DNA of 64,000 nt from positions 24,896 to 88,895 of IMG/VR virus record IMGVR_UViG_3300045988_122383; one strand, written 5' to 3'. Numbering within the stretch: position 1 is the first letter of the stretch; every line of letters begins with the position of its first letter. A program made the translations under genes and the position numbers. Below are positions 63,896 through 64,000 of this stretch, piece after piece. The notes beneath the pieces are model-generated. The model ran no database searches and was not told the DNA's origin. It saw nothing but the letters and a program-made list of their open reading frames with translations. Origin of the DNA: a virus.

Positions 63896-63919
63896 GAATA
63901 AATTTAGGAGTAATTTTAT

Positions 63920-64000
63920 ATGTATAATATTGTAAAAAATCAAGATGATCTTATCTTGCAGATCAAACATTATATGCTAGATAATAAGTTAAAGCAAAAA
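63920..64000 (+). CDS. Start of a plus-strand gene (MYNIVKNQDDLILQIKHYMLDNKLKQK...), truncated by the window edge.
   Basis: ATG at 63920, 9 nt after an AGGAG ribosome-binding site. Confidence 0.4.
   Translation, partial: MYNIVKNQDDLILQIKHYMLDNKLKQK

Noticed and set aside
1-64000. Prophage boundaries, att sites or transposable elements within the window.
   Set aside because: Both window ends lie inside phage genes. No direct repeats flank the recombinase, and no transposase was seen.

Overview
The whole 64-kb window is bacteriophage DNA with low GC content (about 30%; GC not computed precisely). The AGGAG/GGTGGA-type ribosome-binding sites point to a Firmicutes-type host. About 95 genes are packed almost entirely on the minus strand; the only plus-strand genes are one small XRE regulator and an edge ORF. 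No structural or lysis genes are visible, so this is the replication and early/accessory part of a large phage or prophage.

The main content, left to right:
- 1..15.7 kb: a phage replisome module with NAD-dependent ligase (truncated by the window edge), a secreted 3D-domain protein, a RecD-like helicase, DnaE-type Pol III alpha, a RecJ-like DHH exonuclease, a Toprim primase, a DnaB-like helicase, an AAA ATPase and an SSB-like protein with an acidic tail.
- Two paralogous phage sigma factors, and two paralogous small Cys-rich proteins.
- Two NDT/Rcl-fold proteins, a nucleotidyltransferase followed by a HigA-like HTH protein, and an NrnA-like DHH-DHHA1 phosphoesterase.
- A J-domain membrane protein, a HicB-like protein and a lipoprotein.
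- A tRNA-derived gene interrupted by a roughly 66-nt insertion.
- A flotillin (SPFH) gene next to a PspA-like coiled-coil membrane protein.
- A contiguous NAD+ salvage/reconstitution operon: an isochorismatase-family amidase (PncA-like), a PRPP-synthetase-like protein, a NAMPT-like protein and NadE.
- An antitoxin-less MazF/EndoA-like endoribonuclease, a metallophosphoesterase, a tyrosine recombinase, a replisome-organizer-like protein and two Bro-N antirepressor paralogs.
- Many small hypothetical genes.

The strongest candidates for new biology are the expanded NAD+ reconstitution cluster with its scattered NAD/nucleotide-metabolism accessories, a duplicated palindromic promoter-operator driving the MazF-like and 3D-domain genes, the interrupted tRNA, and an orphan consensus plus-strand promoter with a candidate small RNA. 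Transposons were not found; CRISPR arrays were looked for and rejected.
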